DNA from: the human T2T-CHM13v2.0 reference genome, Homo sapiens
Strand: one strand, 5' to 3'
Length of the DNA: 64,000 bases
NCBI RefSeq assembly: GCF_009914755.1
Contig: NC_060948.1
Numbering within the stretch: the stretch's first letter is position 1; each line of letters starts with the position of its first letter. Position numbers and translations under genes: made by a program. The notes under the pieces were generated by a model. That model worked only from the letters and a program-made list of their open reading frames with translations. It was not told the origin of the DNA and searched no databases. Of the stretch, positions 21,811 through 41,151 are shown piece after piece.

Positions 21811-23911
21811 AGATCCATATTTTTTAAATGAAAAAAAATTTCAAAGGTACTCTGCTTGGTACAATAATCAAATGTATAAACTGAGGAATAAAACATACCC
21901 ATGAAACCTACTTATAACTGCATATGGAAAATACAGAGGGTAATTTTTTAAATAATATATTTTGAAAGCCTTAACTAGTAATTTGAAGAGTTGGCATTTG
22001 AAAGGCCAGTATGAATATACCTTCAAAGCAGCAACACAGGTTCCCCATGAGAAAAAGCAAACTCAGGGAAAATAAAACCACAAAGGTTCAATCTCTTCTG
22101 ACCTTTGAAAGACACAGCACAGACAGTGGTCCTTAGGACGAAGAGCAGGAGACCCCTAATCCCGTCACCATGGCGATAGGGCATAAAAACTGCTGGGTGA
22201 GGGCACAATCCACATTGTGAGGTCCAACTGCTGCCAGGAAGACAGGAGTGCTTTTACATAGACCGAAAGGTCATTGAAGGCTCAGAGTTTTGTTTCAAGA
22301 ACTGAATCCCAAGCCCACACGTTATTAGGCTGCGCTTCTTAAAACAAGTTATGAGATGGGAAAAAGGGCACCCACAAACATACGTATACATTATGTATAT
22401 AATCATATACAGTATCATATATATAATATATATAACCTATGTATAATATTGTTTTACATCCTGCATCTTATATTATATATATTGTGTAAAATATAATAAT
22501 TGATAATATATAAGTTTTATATTTATACAATATGACATATAGTATATATTATAATTTATGACATATATAATATATGTTATATATCATATATAGAATATAT
22601 TATACGGTTAATATACGTATTAAATATAAATTATACATTATATATATTATATATAATATATCTGCTATATATAATACCCATTATGCATAATATATATATT
22701 ATGTCTATGTTATGTATAGTATAAAACAACATATAATAATATATAATTGTATATATAAAATGCGACATATAATATATATTATATTTTATGACATCTGTAA
22801 TATATATTATATATTATATATAATACGTTGTATGTATAACACCTATATTAAATATATATTATATGACTATGTTATTAATTACATGTCACATATGTTATAT
22901 ATTATATATTTTACATAGAATATACCGGTTACATACAATATATACTATGTTACCTATAATGTATAATTTATTACATGTAAAATAAAGAATGCAATATATT
23001 ATGTGTAATTTATAATATACAATATGTGGAATGTGATATATATAACATATAATATATGATATATGATATACAGTATACGATATATAACATACAATATATG
23101 ATACCTAATATATATGGTATACAATATATATTTTATGATATGTATTCTATATGTTTTATATTCTGTTATATATAACTATTTGAAATTATATATAACTGTA
23201 TAATATTTTATGTAAATATGTAATATAATATATATAACTATATAATATATTATATATAACTATATATTATGTTATATATACTTTCATAACTTTATTTACA
23301 TAAAATATCATAGTATAATATATATTATATTACTTCATATTACATAATATATATTACATATCACCCAATATAAGTAACATACATAATATTATAATATACA
23401 TTATATTATGTTATATTAAATATAATATATATCATGTATCATATATTCTATAATATATATTACACATTATATAATATGCATGTTGTCTATTATGTGATAT
23501 ATATAACTATATATATAATTATATTATTATACATATATCTAGATAAACATGTAATTCTACATATTTTCATTTATAATATATAGAATTACATAATCATATA
23601 TAATTATATTCTATAAAAAATTATATCATTATATAAATTATAATATATAAAAATTCTAATATGTACTACAAATATATATATTATATATCATATATGATAT
23701 AGTACCTTTGTTATATATCATAATACATATAAATGTGTATTATGTTATCTATAATTATATAATTTCATATATAAGATGTATAATATTTATTATATATTAT
23801 AAATGTTATGTAATATATATAGTATATATAAGATGACACAGGATAAATATTATATACTATGACATATAAAATATATGAGGTTATATGTTACATATAAGGC
23901 ATAGCACATAA

Positions 23912-24226
<315 letters not shown>

Positions 24227-26324
24227 AGATCCATATTTTGTAAATGAAAAAAAATTTCAAAGGTACTCTGCTTGGTACAATAATCAAATGTATAAACTGA
24301 GGAATAAAACATAACCATGAAACCTACTTATAACTGCATATGGAAAATACAGAGGATAATTTTTTAAATAACATATTTTGAAAGCCTTAACTAGTAATTT
24401 GAAGAGTTGGCATTTGAAAGGCCAGTATGAATATACCTTCAAAGCAGCAACACAGGTTCCCCATGAGAAAAAGCAAACTCAGGGAAAATAAAACCACAAA
24501 GGTTCAATCTCTTCTGACCTTTGAAAGACACAGCACAGACAGTGGTCCTTAGGACGAAGAGCAGGAGACCCCTAATTCCGTCACCATGGCGATAGGGCAT
24601 AAACACTGCTGGGTGAGGGCACAATCCACATTGTGAGGTCCAACTGCTGCCAGGAAGACAGGAGTGCTTTTACATAGACCGAAAGGTCATTGAAGGCTCA
24701 GAGTTTTGTTTCAAGAACTGAATCCCAAGCCCACACGTTATTAGGCTGCGCTTCTTAAAACAAGTTATGAGATGGGAAAAAGGGCACCCACAAACATACG
24801 TATACATTATGTATATAATCATATACAGTATCATATATATAATATATATAACCTATGTATAATATTGTTTTACATCCTGCATCTTATATTATATATATTG
24901 TGTAAAATATAATAATTGATAATATATAAGTTTTATATTTATACAATATGACATATAGTATATATTATAATTTATGACATATATAATATATGTTATATAT
25001 CATATATAGAATATATTATACGGTTAATATACGTATTAAATATAAATTATACATTATATATATTATATATAATATATCTGCTATATATAATACCCATTAT
25101 GCATAATATATATATTATGTCTATGTTATGTATAGTATAAAACAACATATAATAATATATAATTGTATATATAAAATGCGACATATAATATATATTATAT
25201 TTTATGACATCTGTAATATATATTATATATTATATATAATACGTTGTATGTATAATACCTATATTAAATATATATTATATGACTATGTTATTAATTACAT
25301 GTCACATATGTTATATATTATATATTTTATATAGAATATACCGGTTACATACAATATATACTATGTTACCTATAATGTATAATTTATTACATGTAAAATA
25401 AAGAATGCAATATATTATGTGTAATTTATAATATACAATATGTGGAATGTGATATATATAACATATAATATATGATATATGATATACAGTATACGATATA
25501 TAACATACAATATATGATACCTAATATATATTGTATACAATATATATTTTATGATATGTATTCTATATGTTTTATATTCTGTTATATATAACTATTTGAA
25601 ATTATATATAACTGTATAATATTTTATGTAAATATGTAATATAATATATATAACTATATAATATATTATATATAACTATATATTATGTTATATATACTTT
25701 CATAACTTTATTTACATAAATTATCATAGTATAATATATATTATATTACTTCATATTACATAATATATATTACATATCACCCAATATAAGTAACATACAT
25801 AATATTATAATATACATTATATTATGTTATATTAAATATAATATATATCATGTATCATATATTCTATAATATATATTACACATTATATAATATGCATGTT
25901 GTCTATTATGTGATATATATAACTATATATATAATTATATTATTATACATATATCTAGATAAACATGTAATTCTACATATTTTCATTTATAATATATAGA
26001 ATTACATAATCATATATAATTATATTCTATAAAAAATTATATCATTATATAAATTATAATATATAAAAATTATAATATGTACTACAAATATATATATTAT
26101 ATATCATATATGATATAGTACCTTTGTTATATATCATAATACATATAAATGTGTATTATGTTATCTATAATTATATAATTTCATATATAAGATGTATAAT
26201 TATTATATATTATAAATGTTATGTAATATATATAGTATATATAAGATGACACAGGATAAATATTATATACTATGACATATAAAATATATGAGGTTATATG
26301 TTACATATAAGGCATAGCACATAA

Positions 26325-26639
<315 letters not shown>

Positions 26640-28744
26640 AGATCCATATTTTGTAAATGAAAAAAAATTTCAAAGGTACTCTGCTTGGTACAATAATCAA
26701 ATGTATAAACTGAGGAATAAAACATAACCATGAAACCTACTTATAACTGCATATGGAAAATACAGAGGATAATTTTTTAAATAACATATTTTGAAAGCCT
26801 TAACTAGTAATTTGAAGAGTTGGCATTTGAAAGGCCAGTATGAATATACCTTCAAAGCAGCAACACAGGTTCCCCATGAGAAAAAGCAAACTCAGGGAAA
26901 ATAAAACCACAAAGGTTCAATCTCTTCTGACCTTTGAAAGACACAGCACAGACAGTGGTCCTTAGGACGAAGAGCAGGAGACCCCTAATTCCGTCACCAT
27001 GGCGATAGGGCATAAACACTGCTGGGTGAGGGCACAATCCACATTGTGAGGTCCAACTGCTGCCAGGAAGACAGGAGTGCTTTTACATAGACCGAAAGGT
27101 CATTGAAGGCTCAGAGTTTTGTTTCAAGAACTGAATCCCAAGCCCACACGTTATTAGGCTGCGCTTCTTAAAACAAGTTATGAGATGGGAAAAAGGGCAC
27201 TAACAAACATACGTATACATTATGTATATAATAATATACAGTATCATATATATAATATATATAACCTATGTATAATATTGTTTTACATCCTGCATCTTAT
27301 ATTATATATATTGTGTAAAATATAATAATTGATAATATATAAGTTTTATATTTATACAATAAGACATATAGTATATATTATAATTTATGACATATATAAT
27401 ATATGTTATATATCATATATAGAATATATTATACGGTTAATATACGTATTAAATATAAATTATACATTATATATATTATATATAATATATCTGCTATATA
27501 TAATACCCATTATGCATAATATATATATTATGTCTATGTTATGTATAGTATAAAACAACATATAATAATATATAATTGTATATATAAAATGCGACATATA
27601 ATATATATTATATTTTATGACATCTGTAATATATATTATATATTATATATAATACGTTGTATGTATAATAGCTATATTAAATATATATTATATGACTATG
27701 TTATTAATTACATGTCACATATGTTATATATTATATATTATACATAGAATATACCGGTTATATACAATATATACTATGTTACCTATAATGTATAATTTAT
27801 TACATGTAAAATAAAGAATGCAATATATTATGTGTAATTTATAATATACAATATGTGGAATGTGATATATATAACATATAATATATGATATATGATATAC
27901 AGTATATGATATATAACATACAATATATGATACCTAATATATATGGTATACAATATATATTTTATGATATGTATTCTAAATGTTTTATATTCTGTTATAT
28001 ATAACTGTTTGAAATTATATATAACTGTATAATATTTTATGTAAATATGTAATATAATATATATAACTATATAATATATTATATATAACTATATATTATG
28101 TTATATATACTTTTATAACTTTATTTACATAAAATATCATAGTATAATATATATTATATTACTTCATATTACATAATATATATTACATATCACCCAATAT
28201 AAGTAACATACATAATATTATAATATAGATTATATTATGTTATATTAAATATCATATATATCATGTATCATATATTCTATAATATGTATTATACATTATA
28301 TAATATGCATGTTGTCTATTATGTGATATATATAACTATGTATATAATTATATGATTATACATATATCTAGATAAACATGTAATTCTACATATTTTCATT
28401 TATAATATATAGAATTACATAATCATATATAATTATTTATATTCTATAAAAAATTATATCATTATATAAATTATAATATATAAAAATTATAATATGTACT
28501 ACAAATATATATATTATATATCATATATGATATAGTACCTTTGTTATATATCATAATACATATAAATGTGTATTATGTTATCTATAATTATATAATTTCA
28601 TATATAAGATGTATAATATTTATTATATATTATATATGTTATGAAATATATATAGTATATATAAGATGACACAGGATAAATATTATATACTATGACATAT
28701 AAGATATATGAGGTTATATGTTACATATAAGGCATAGCACATAA

Positions 28745-29059
<315 letters not shown>

Positions 29060-31160
29060 AGATCCATATTTTTTAAATGAAAAAAAATTTCAAAGGTACT
29101 CTGCTTGGTACAATAATCAAATGTATAAACTGAGGAATAAAACATAACCATGAAACCTACTTATAACTGCATATGGAAAATACAGAGGATAATTTTTTAA
29201 ATAATATATTTTGAAAGCCTTAACTAGTAATTTGAAGAGTTGGCATTTGAAAGGCCAGTATGAATATACCTTCAAAGCAGCAACACAGGTTCCCCATGAG
29301 AAAAAGCAAACTCAGGGAAAATAAAACCACAAAGGTTCAATCTCTTCTGACCTTTGAAAGACACAGCACAGACAGTGGTCCTTAGGACGAAGAGCAGGAG
29401 ACCCCTAATTCCGTCACCATGGCGATAGGGCATAAAAACTGCTGGGTGAGGGCACAATCCACATTGTGAGGTCCAACTGCTGCCAGGAAGACAGGAGTGC
29501 TTTTACATAGACCGAAAGGTCATTGAAGGCTCAGAGTTTTGTTTCAAGAACTGAATCCCAAGCCCACACGTTATTAGGCTGCGCTTCTTAAAACAAGTTA
29601 TGAGATGGGAAAAAGGGCACCCACAAACATACGTATACATTATGTATATAATAATATACAGTATCATATATATAATATATATAACCTATGTATAATATTG
29701 TTTTACATCCTGCATCTTATATTATATATATTGTGTAAAATATAATAATTGATAATATATAAGTTTTATATTTATACAATATGACATATAGTATATATTA
29801 TAATTTATGACATATATAATATATGTTATATATCATATATAGAATATATTATACGGTTAATATACGTATTAAATATAAATTATACATTATATATATTATA
29901 TATAATATATCTGCTATATATAATACCCATTATGCATAATATATATATTATGTCTATGTTATGTATAGTATAAAACAACATATAATAATATATAATTGTA
30001 TATATAAAATGCGACATATAATATATATTATATTTTATGACATCTGTAATATATATTATATATTATATATAATACGTTGTATGTATAATACCTATATTAA
30101 ATATATATTATATGACTATGTTATTAATTACATGTCACATATGTTATATATTATATATTTTACATAGAATATACCGGTTACATACAATATATACTATGTT
30201 ACCTATAATGTATAATTTATTACATGTAAAATAAAGAATGCAATATATTATGTGTAATTTATAATATACAATATGTGGAATGTGATATATATAACATATA
30301 ATATATGATATATGAGATACAGTATACGATATATAACATACAATATATGATACCTAATATATATGGTATACAATATATATTTTATGATATGTATTCTATA
30401 TGTTTTATATTCTGTTATATATAACTATTTGAAATTATATATAACTGTATAATATTTTATGTAAATATGTAATATAATATATATAACTATATAATATATT
30501 ATATATAACTATATATTATGTTATATATACATTCATAACTTTATTTACATAAAATATCATAGTATAATATATATTATATTACTTCATATTACATAATATA
30601 TATTACATATCACCCAATATAAGTAACATACATAATATTATAATATACATTATATTATGTTATATTAAATATCATATATATCATGTATCATATATTCTAT
30701 AATATATATAACACATTATATAATATGCATGTTGTCTATTATGTGATATATATAACTATATATATAATTATATTATTATACATATATCTAGATAAACATG
30801 TAATTCTACATATTTTCATTTATAATATATAGAATTACATAACCATATATAATTATATTCTATAAAAAATTATATCATTATATAAATTATAATATATAAA
30901 AGTTATAATATGTACTACAAATATATATATTATATATCATATATGATATAGTACCTTTGTTATATATCATAATACATATAAATGTGTATTATGTTATCTA
31001 TAATTATATAATTTCATATATAAGATGTATAATATTTATTATATATTATATATGTTATGTAATATATATAGTATATATAAGATGACACAGGATAAATATT
31101 ATATACTATGACATATAAGATATATGAGGTTATATGTTACATATAAGGCATAGCACATAA

Positions 31161-31475
<315 letters not shown>

Positions 31476-33579
31476 AGATCCATATTTTTTAAATGAAAAA
31501 AAATTTCAAAGGTACTCTGCTTGGTACAATAATCAAATGTATAAACTGAGGAATAAAACATAACCATGAAACCTACTTATAACTGCATATGGAAAATACA
31601 GAGGATAATTTTTTAAATAATATATTTTGAAAGCCTTAACTAGTAATTTGAAGAGTTGGCATTTGAAAGGCCAGTATGAATATACCTTCAAAGCAGCAAC
31701 ACAGGTTCCCCATGAGAAAAAGCAAACTCAGGGAAAATAAAACCACAAAGGTTCAATCTCTTCTGACCTTTGAAAGACACAGCACAGACAGTGGTCCTTA
31801 GGACGAAGAGCAGGAGACCCCTAATTCCGTCACCATGGCGATAGGGCATAAACACTGCTGGGTGAGGGCACAATCCACATTGTGAGGTCCAACTGCTGCC
31901 AGGAAGACAGGAGTGCTTTTACATAGACCGAAAGGTCATTGAAGGCTCAGAGTTTTGTTTCAAGAACTGAATCCCAAGCCCACACGTTATTAGGCTGCGC
32001 TTCTTAAAACAAGTTATGAGATGGGAAAAAGGGCACCCACAAACATACGTATACATTATGTATATAATAATATACAGTATCATATATATAATATATATAA
32101 CCTATGTATAATATTGTTTTACATCCTGCATCTTATATTATATATATTGTATAAAATATAATAATTGATAATATATAAGTTTTATATTTATACAATATGA
32201 CATATAGTATATATTATAATTTATGACATATATAATATATGTTATATATCATATATTGAATATATTATACGGTTAATATACGTATTAAATATAAATTATA
32301 CATTATATGTATTATATATAATATATCTGCTATATATAATACCCATTATGCATAATATATATATTATGTCTATGTTATATATAGTATAAAACAACATATA
32401 ATAATATATAATTGTATATATAAAATGTGACATATAATATATATTATATTTTATGACATAGGTAATATATATTATATATTATATATAATACGTTGTATGT
32501 ATAATACCTATATTAAATATATATTATATGACTATGTTATTAATTACATGTCACATATGTTATATATTATATATTTTACATAGAATGTACTGGTTACATA
32601 CAATATATAGTATGTTACCTGTAATGTATAATTTATTACATGTAAAATAAAGAATGCAATATATTATGTATAATTTATAATATACAATATGTGGAATGTG
32701 ATATATATAACATATAATATATGATATATGATATACAGTATATGATATATAACCTACAATATATGATACCTAACATATATGATATACAATATATATTTTA
32801 TGATATGTATTCTCTATGTTTTATATCTGTTATATATAATTATTTGAAATTATATATAAATGTATAATATTTTATGTAAATATGTAATATAATATATATA
32901 ACTATCTAATGTATTATATATAACTATATATTATGTTATATATACTTTTATAAAATAAATTACATAAAATATCATAATATAATATATATTATATTATTTC
33001 ATATTACTTAAGATATATTACATATCACCCAATATAAGTAACATACATAATATTATCATATAGATTATATTATGTTATATTAAATATCATATATATCATG
33101 TATCATATATTCCATAATATATTTTATACATTATATAATATGTATGATGTCTATTATGTGATATATATAACTTTATATATAATTATATTATTATACATAT
33201 AACTAGATAAACATGTAATTCTACATATTTTCATTTATAATATATAGAATTATATAATCATATATAATTATTTATATTCTATAAAAAATTATATCATTAT
33301 ATAAATTATAATATATAAAAATTATAATATATACTACAAATATATATATTATATATCATATATGATATAGTACCTTTGTTATATATCATAATACATATAA
33401 ATGTGTATTATGTTATCTATAATTATATAACTTCATATATAAGATGTATAATATGTATTATATATTATATATGATATGTAATATATATAGTATGTATAAG
33501 ATGACACAGGATAAATATTATATACTATGACATATAAAATATATGAGGTTATATGTTACATATAAGGCATAGCACATAA

Positions 33580-33895
<316 letters not shown>

Positions 33896-35996
33896 AGATC
33901 CATATTTTTTAAATGAAAAAAATTTCAAAGGTACTCTGCTTGGTACAATAATCAAATGTATAAACTGAGGAATAAAACATAACCATGAAACCTACTTATA
34001 ACTGCATATGGAAAATACAGAGGATAATTTTTTAAATAACATATTTTGAAAGCCTTAACTAGTAATATGAAGAGTTGGCACTTGAAAGGCCAGTATGAAT
34101 ATACCTTCAAAGCAGCAACACAGGTTCCCCATGAGAAAAAGCAAACTCAGGGAAAATAAAACAACAAAGGTTCAATCTCTTCTGACCTTTGAAAGACACA
34201 GCACAGACAGTGGTCCTTAGGACGAAGAGCAGGAGACCCCTAATTCCGTCACCATGACGATAGGGCATAAACATTGCTGGGTGAGGGCACAATCCACATT
34301 GTGAGGTCCAACTGCTGCCAGGAAGACAGGAGTGCTTTTACATAGACCTAAAGGTCATTGAAGGCTCAGAGTTTTGTTTCAAGAACTGAATCCCAAGCCC
34401 ACACGTTATTAGGCTGCGCTTCTTAAAACAAGTTATGAGATGGGAAAAAGGGCACCCACAAACATACGTATACATTATGTATATAATAATATACAGTATC
34501 ATATATATAATATATATAACCTATGTATAATATTGTTTTACATCCTGCATCTTATATTATATATATTGTATAAAATATAATAATTGATAATATATGTTTT
34601 ATATTTTTACAATATGACATATAGTATATATTATAATTTATGACATATATAATATATGTTATATATCATATATAGAATATATTATACGGTTAATATACGT
34701 AATAAATATAAATTATACATTATATATATTATATATAATATATCTGCTATATATAATACCCATTATGCATAATATATATATTATGTCTATGTTATATATA
34801 GTATAAAACAACATATAATAATATATAATTGTATATATAAAATACGACATATAATATATATTATATTTTATGACATATGTAATATATATTATATATTATA
34901 TGTAATACGTTGTATGTATAATACCTATATTAAATATATATTATATGACTATGTTATTAATTACATGTCACATGTGTTATATATTATTTATTTTACACAG
35001 AATATACCGGTTACATACAATATATACTATGTTACCTACAATGTATAATTTATTACATGTAAAATAAAGAATGCAATATATTATGTATAATTTATAATAT
35101 ACAATATGTGGATTGTGATATATATAACATATAATTTATGATATAGGATATACAGTATATGGTATATAACATACAATATATGATACCTAATATATATGGT
35201 ATACAATATATATTTTATGATATGTATTCCCTATGTTTTATATTCTGTTATATAGAACTATTTGAAATTATATATAACTGTATAATATTTTATGTAAATA
35301 TGTAATATAATATATATAAAAATATAATATATTATATATAACTATATATTATGTTATATATACTTTTATAACATAATTTACATAAAATATCATAATATAA
35401 TATATATTATATTATTTCATATTACATAATATATATTACATATCACCCAATATAAGTAACATACATAATATTATAATATAGATTATATTATGTTATATTA
35501 AATATCATATATATCATGTATCATATATTCTATTATATATATTATACATTATATAATATGTATGTTGTCTATTATGTGATATATATAACTATATATATAA
35601 TTATATTATTATACATATAACTAGATAAACATGTAATTCTACATATTTTCATTTACAATATATATAATTATATAATCATATATAATTATTTATATTCTAT
35701 AAAAAATTATATCATCATATAAATTATAATATATAAAAATTATAATATGTACTACAAATCTATATATTATATATCATATATGATATAGTACCTTGTTATA
35801 TATCATAATACATATAAATGTGTATTATGTTATCTATAATTATATAATTTCACATATAAGATGTATAATATGTATTATATATTATATATATTATGTAATA
35901 TATATAGTATATATAAGATGACACAGGATAAATATTATATACTATGACATATAAAATATATGAGGTTATATGTTACATATAAGGCATAGCACATAA

Positions 35997-36311
<315 letters not shown>

Positions 36312-38439
36312 AGATCCATATTTTTTAAATGAAAAAAAATTTCAAAGGTACTCTGCTTGGTACAATAATCAAATGTATAAACTGAGGAATAAAACATAAC
36401 CATGAAACCTACTTATAACTGCATATGGAAAATACAGAGGATAATTTTTTAAATAACATATTTTGAAAGCCTTAACTAGTAATTTGCAGAGTTGGCATTT
36501 GAAAGGCCAGTATGAATATACCTTCAAAGCAGCAACACAGGTTCCCCATGAGAAAAAGCAAACTCAGGGAAAATAAAACCACAAAGGTTCAATCTCTTCT
36601 GACCTTTGAAAGACACAGCACAGACAGTGGTCCTTAGGACGAAGAGCAGGAGACCCCTATTTCCGTCACCATGGCGATAGGGCATAAACATTGCTGGGTG
36701 AGGGCACAATCCACATTGTGAGGTCCAACTGCTGCCAGGAAGACAGGAGTGCTTTTACATAGACCGAAAGGTCATTGAAGGCTCAGAGTTTTGTTTCAAG
36801 AACTGAATCCCAAGCCCACTCGTTATTAGGCTGCGCTTCTTAAAACAAGTTATGAGATGGGAAAAAGGGCACCCACACACATACGTATACATTATGTATA
36901 TAATAATATACAGTATCATATATATAATATATATAACCTATGTATAATATTGTTTTACATCCTGCATCTTATGTTATATATATTGTATAAAATATAATAA
37001 TTGATAATATATAAGTTTTATAATTATACAATATGACATATAGAATATATTATAATTTATGACATATATAATATATGTTATATGTCATATATAGAATATA
37101 TTATAGGGTTAATATACGTATTAAATATAAATTATACATTATATATATTGTATATAATATATCTGTTATATATAATACCCATTATGCATAATATATATAT
37201 TATGTCTATGTTATATATAGTATAAAACAACATATAATAATATATAATTGTATATATAAAATGCGACATATAATATATATTATATTTTATATCATATGTA
37301 ATATATATTATATATTATATATAATACGTTGTATGTATAATACCTATATTAAATATATATTATATGACTATGTTATTAATTACATGTCACATGTGTTATA
37401 TATTATATATTTTACATAGAATATACCGGTTACATACAATATACACTATGTTACCTATAATGTATAATTTATTACATGTAAAATAAAGAATGCAATATAT
37501 TATGTATAATTTATAATATACAATATGTGGAATGTGATATATATAACATATAATATATGATATATGATATACAGTATATGATATATAACATACAATATAT
37601 GATTCCTAATATATATGGTATACAATATATATTTTATGATATGTATTCTATATATTTTATATTCTGTTATATATAACTATTTGAAATTATATGTAACTGT
37701 ATAATATTTTATGTAAATATGTAATATAATATATATAACTATATAATATATTATATATAACTATATATTATGTTATATATACTTTTATAACATAATTTAC
37801 ATAAAATATCATAACATAATATATATTATATTATTTCATATTACATAATATATATTACATATCACCCAATATAACTAACATACAAAATATTATAATATAG
37901 ATTATATTATGTTATATTAAATATCATATATATCATGTATCATATATTCTATAATATATATTACACATTATATAATATGTATGTTGTCTATTATGTGATA
38001 TATATAACTCTATATATAATTATATTTTTATACATATAACTAGATAAACATGTAATTCTACATATTTTCATTTATAATATGTAGAATTATATAATCATAT
38101 ATAATTATTTATATTCTATAAAAAATTTTATCATTATATAAATTATAATATATAAAAATTATAATATGTACTACAAATATATATATTATATATCATATAT
38201 GATATAGTACCTTTGTTATATATCATAATACATATAAATGTGTATTATGTTATCTATAATTATATAATTTCATATATAAGATGTATAATATGTATCATAT
38301 ATTATATATGTTATGTAATATATATAGTATATATAAGATGACACAGGATAAATATTATATACTATGACATATAAAATATATGAGGTTATATTTTACATAT
38401 AAGGCATAGCACATAACATGTAATATATATCATATATAA

Positions 38440-38731
38440 TTTTTTTTTAGACAGAATCTTGTCCTGTTGCACAGGGTGGGGTACAATGGCGCCATCTTTG
38501 CTCACTGCAACTTCTGCCTCACGGGTCCAAGCGATGGTCCTCCCTCAGCCTCCCAGGTAGCTGGGACTACACCACACTGGGACTACACCAGCTGCCACCA
38601 TTCCTAGCTAATTTTTTGGATTTTTAGCAGTGACAGCGTTTCACTGTATTGGCCAGGATGGTCTTGATCTCTTCACCTTGTGATCCCCTTGCCTTGGCCT
38701 CCAAATTTGCTGGGATTACAGGCCTGAGCCA
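38440..38731 (-). mobile_element. Alu copy within satellite unit (subfamily B)
   Basis: Near-identical to 36021-36311. Confidence 0.92.
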
Positions 38732-40836
38732 AGATCCATATTTTTTAAATGAAAAAAAATTTCAAAGGTACTCTGCTTGGTACAATAATCAAATGTATAA
38801 ACTGAGGAATAAAACATACCCATGAAACCTACTTATAACTGCATATGGAAAATACAGAGGGTAATTTTTTAAATAACATATTTTGAAAGCCTTAACTAGT
38901 AATTTGAAGAGTTGGCATTTGAAAGGCCAGTATGAATATACCTTCAATGCAGCAACACAGGTTCCCCGTGAGAAAAAGCAAACACAGGGAAAATAAAAAC
39001 ACAAAGGTTCAATCTCTTCTGACCTTTGAAAGACACAGCACAGACAGTGGTCCTTAGGACGAAGAGCAGGAGACCCCTAATTCCGTCACCATGGCGATAG
39101 TGCATAAACATTGCTTGGTGAGGGCACAATCCACATTGTGAGGTCCAACTGCTGCCAGGAAGACAGGAGTGCTTTTACATAGACCGAAAGGTCATTGAAG
39201 GCTCAGAGTTTTGTTTCAAGAACTGAATCCCAAGCCCACACGTTATTAGGCTGCGCTTCTTGAAACAAGTTATGAGATGGGAAAAAGGGCACCCACAAAC
39301 ATACGTATACATTATGTATATAATAATATAAAGTGTCATATATATAATATATATAACCTATGTATAATATTGTTTTACATCCTGCATCTTATGTTATATA
39401 TATTGTATAAAATATAATAATTGATAATATATAAGTTTTATAATTATACAATATGACATATAGTATATATTATAATTTATGACATATATAATATATGTTA
39501 TATATCATATACAGAATATATTATACGGTTAATATACGTATTAAATATAAATTATACATTATATATATTATATATAATATATCTGTTATATATAATACCC
39601 ATTATGCATAATATATATATTATGTCTATGTTATATATAGTATAAAACAACATATAATAATATATAATTGTATATATAAAATGCGACATATAATATATAT
39701 TATATTTTATAACATATGTAATATATATTATATATTATATATAATATGTTGTATGTATAATACCTATATTAGATATATATTATATGACTATGTTATTAAT
39801 TACATGTCACATGTGTTATATATTATATATTTTACATAGAATATACCTTTGACATACAATATATACTATGTTACCTATAATGTATAATTTATTACATGTA
39901 AAATAAAGAATGCAATATATTATGTATAATTTATAATATACAATATGTGGAATGTGATATATATAACATATAATATATGATATATGATATACAGTATATG
40001 ATATATAACATACAATATATGATTCCTAATATATATGGTATACAATATATATTTCATGATATGTATTCTATATGTTTTATATTCTGTTATATATAACTAT
40101 TTGAAATTATATATAACTGTATAATATTTTATGTAAATATGTAATATAATATATATAACTATATAATATATTATATATAACTATATATTATGTTATATAT
40201 ACTTTTATAACATAATTTGCATAAAATATCATAACATAATATATATTATATTATTTCATATTACATAATATATATTACATATCACCCAATATAACTAACA
40301 TACATAATATTATAATATAGATTATATTGTGTTATATTAAATATCATATATATCATGTATCATATATTCTATAATATATATTACACATTATATAATATGT
40401 ATGTTGTCTATTATGTGATATATATAACTCTATATATAATTATATTTTTATACATATAACTAGATAAACATGTAATTCTACATATTTTCATTTATAATAT
40501 GTAGAATTATATAATCATATATAATTATTTATATTCTATAAAAAATTTTATCATTATATCAATTATAATATATAAAAATTATAATATGTACTACAAATAT
40601 ATATATTAAATATCATATATGATATAGTACCTTTGTTATATATCATAATACATATAAATGTGTATTATGTTATCTATAATTATATAATTTCATATATAAG
40701 ATGTATAATATGTATCATATATTATATATGTTATGTAATATATATAGTATATATAAGATGACACAGGATAAATATTATATACTATGACATATAAAATATA
40801 TCAGGTTATATGTTACATATAAGGCATAACACATAA

Positions 40837-41151
<315 letters not shown>

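Noticed and set aside
38789-39004. 71-aa minus-strand ORF specific to block B
   Set aside because: It arises from a subfamily SNP that removes a stop codon (ctca to caca) and has no coding hallmarks.
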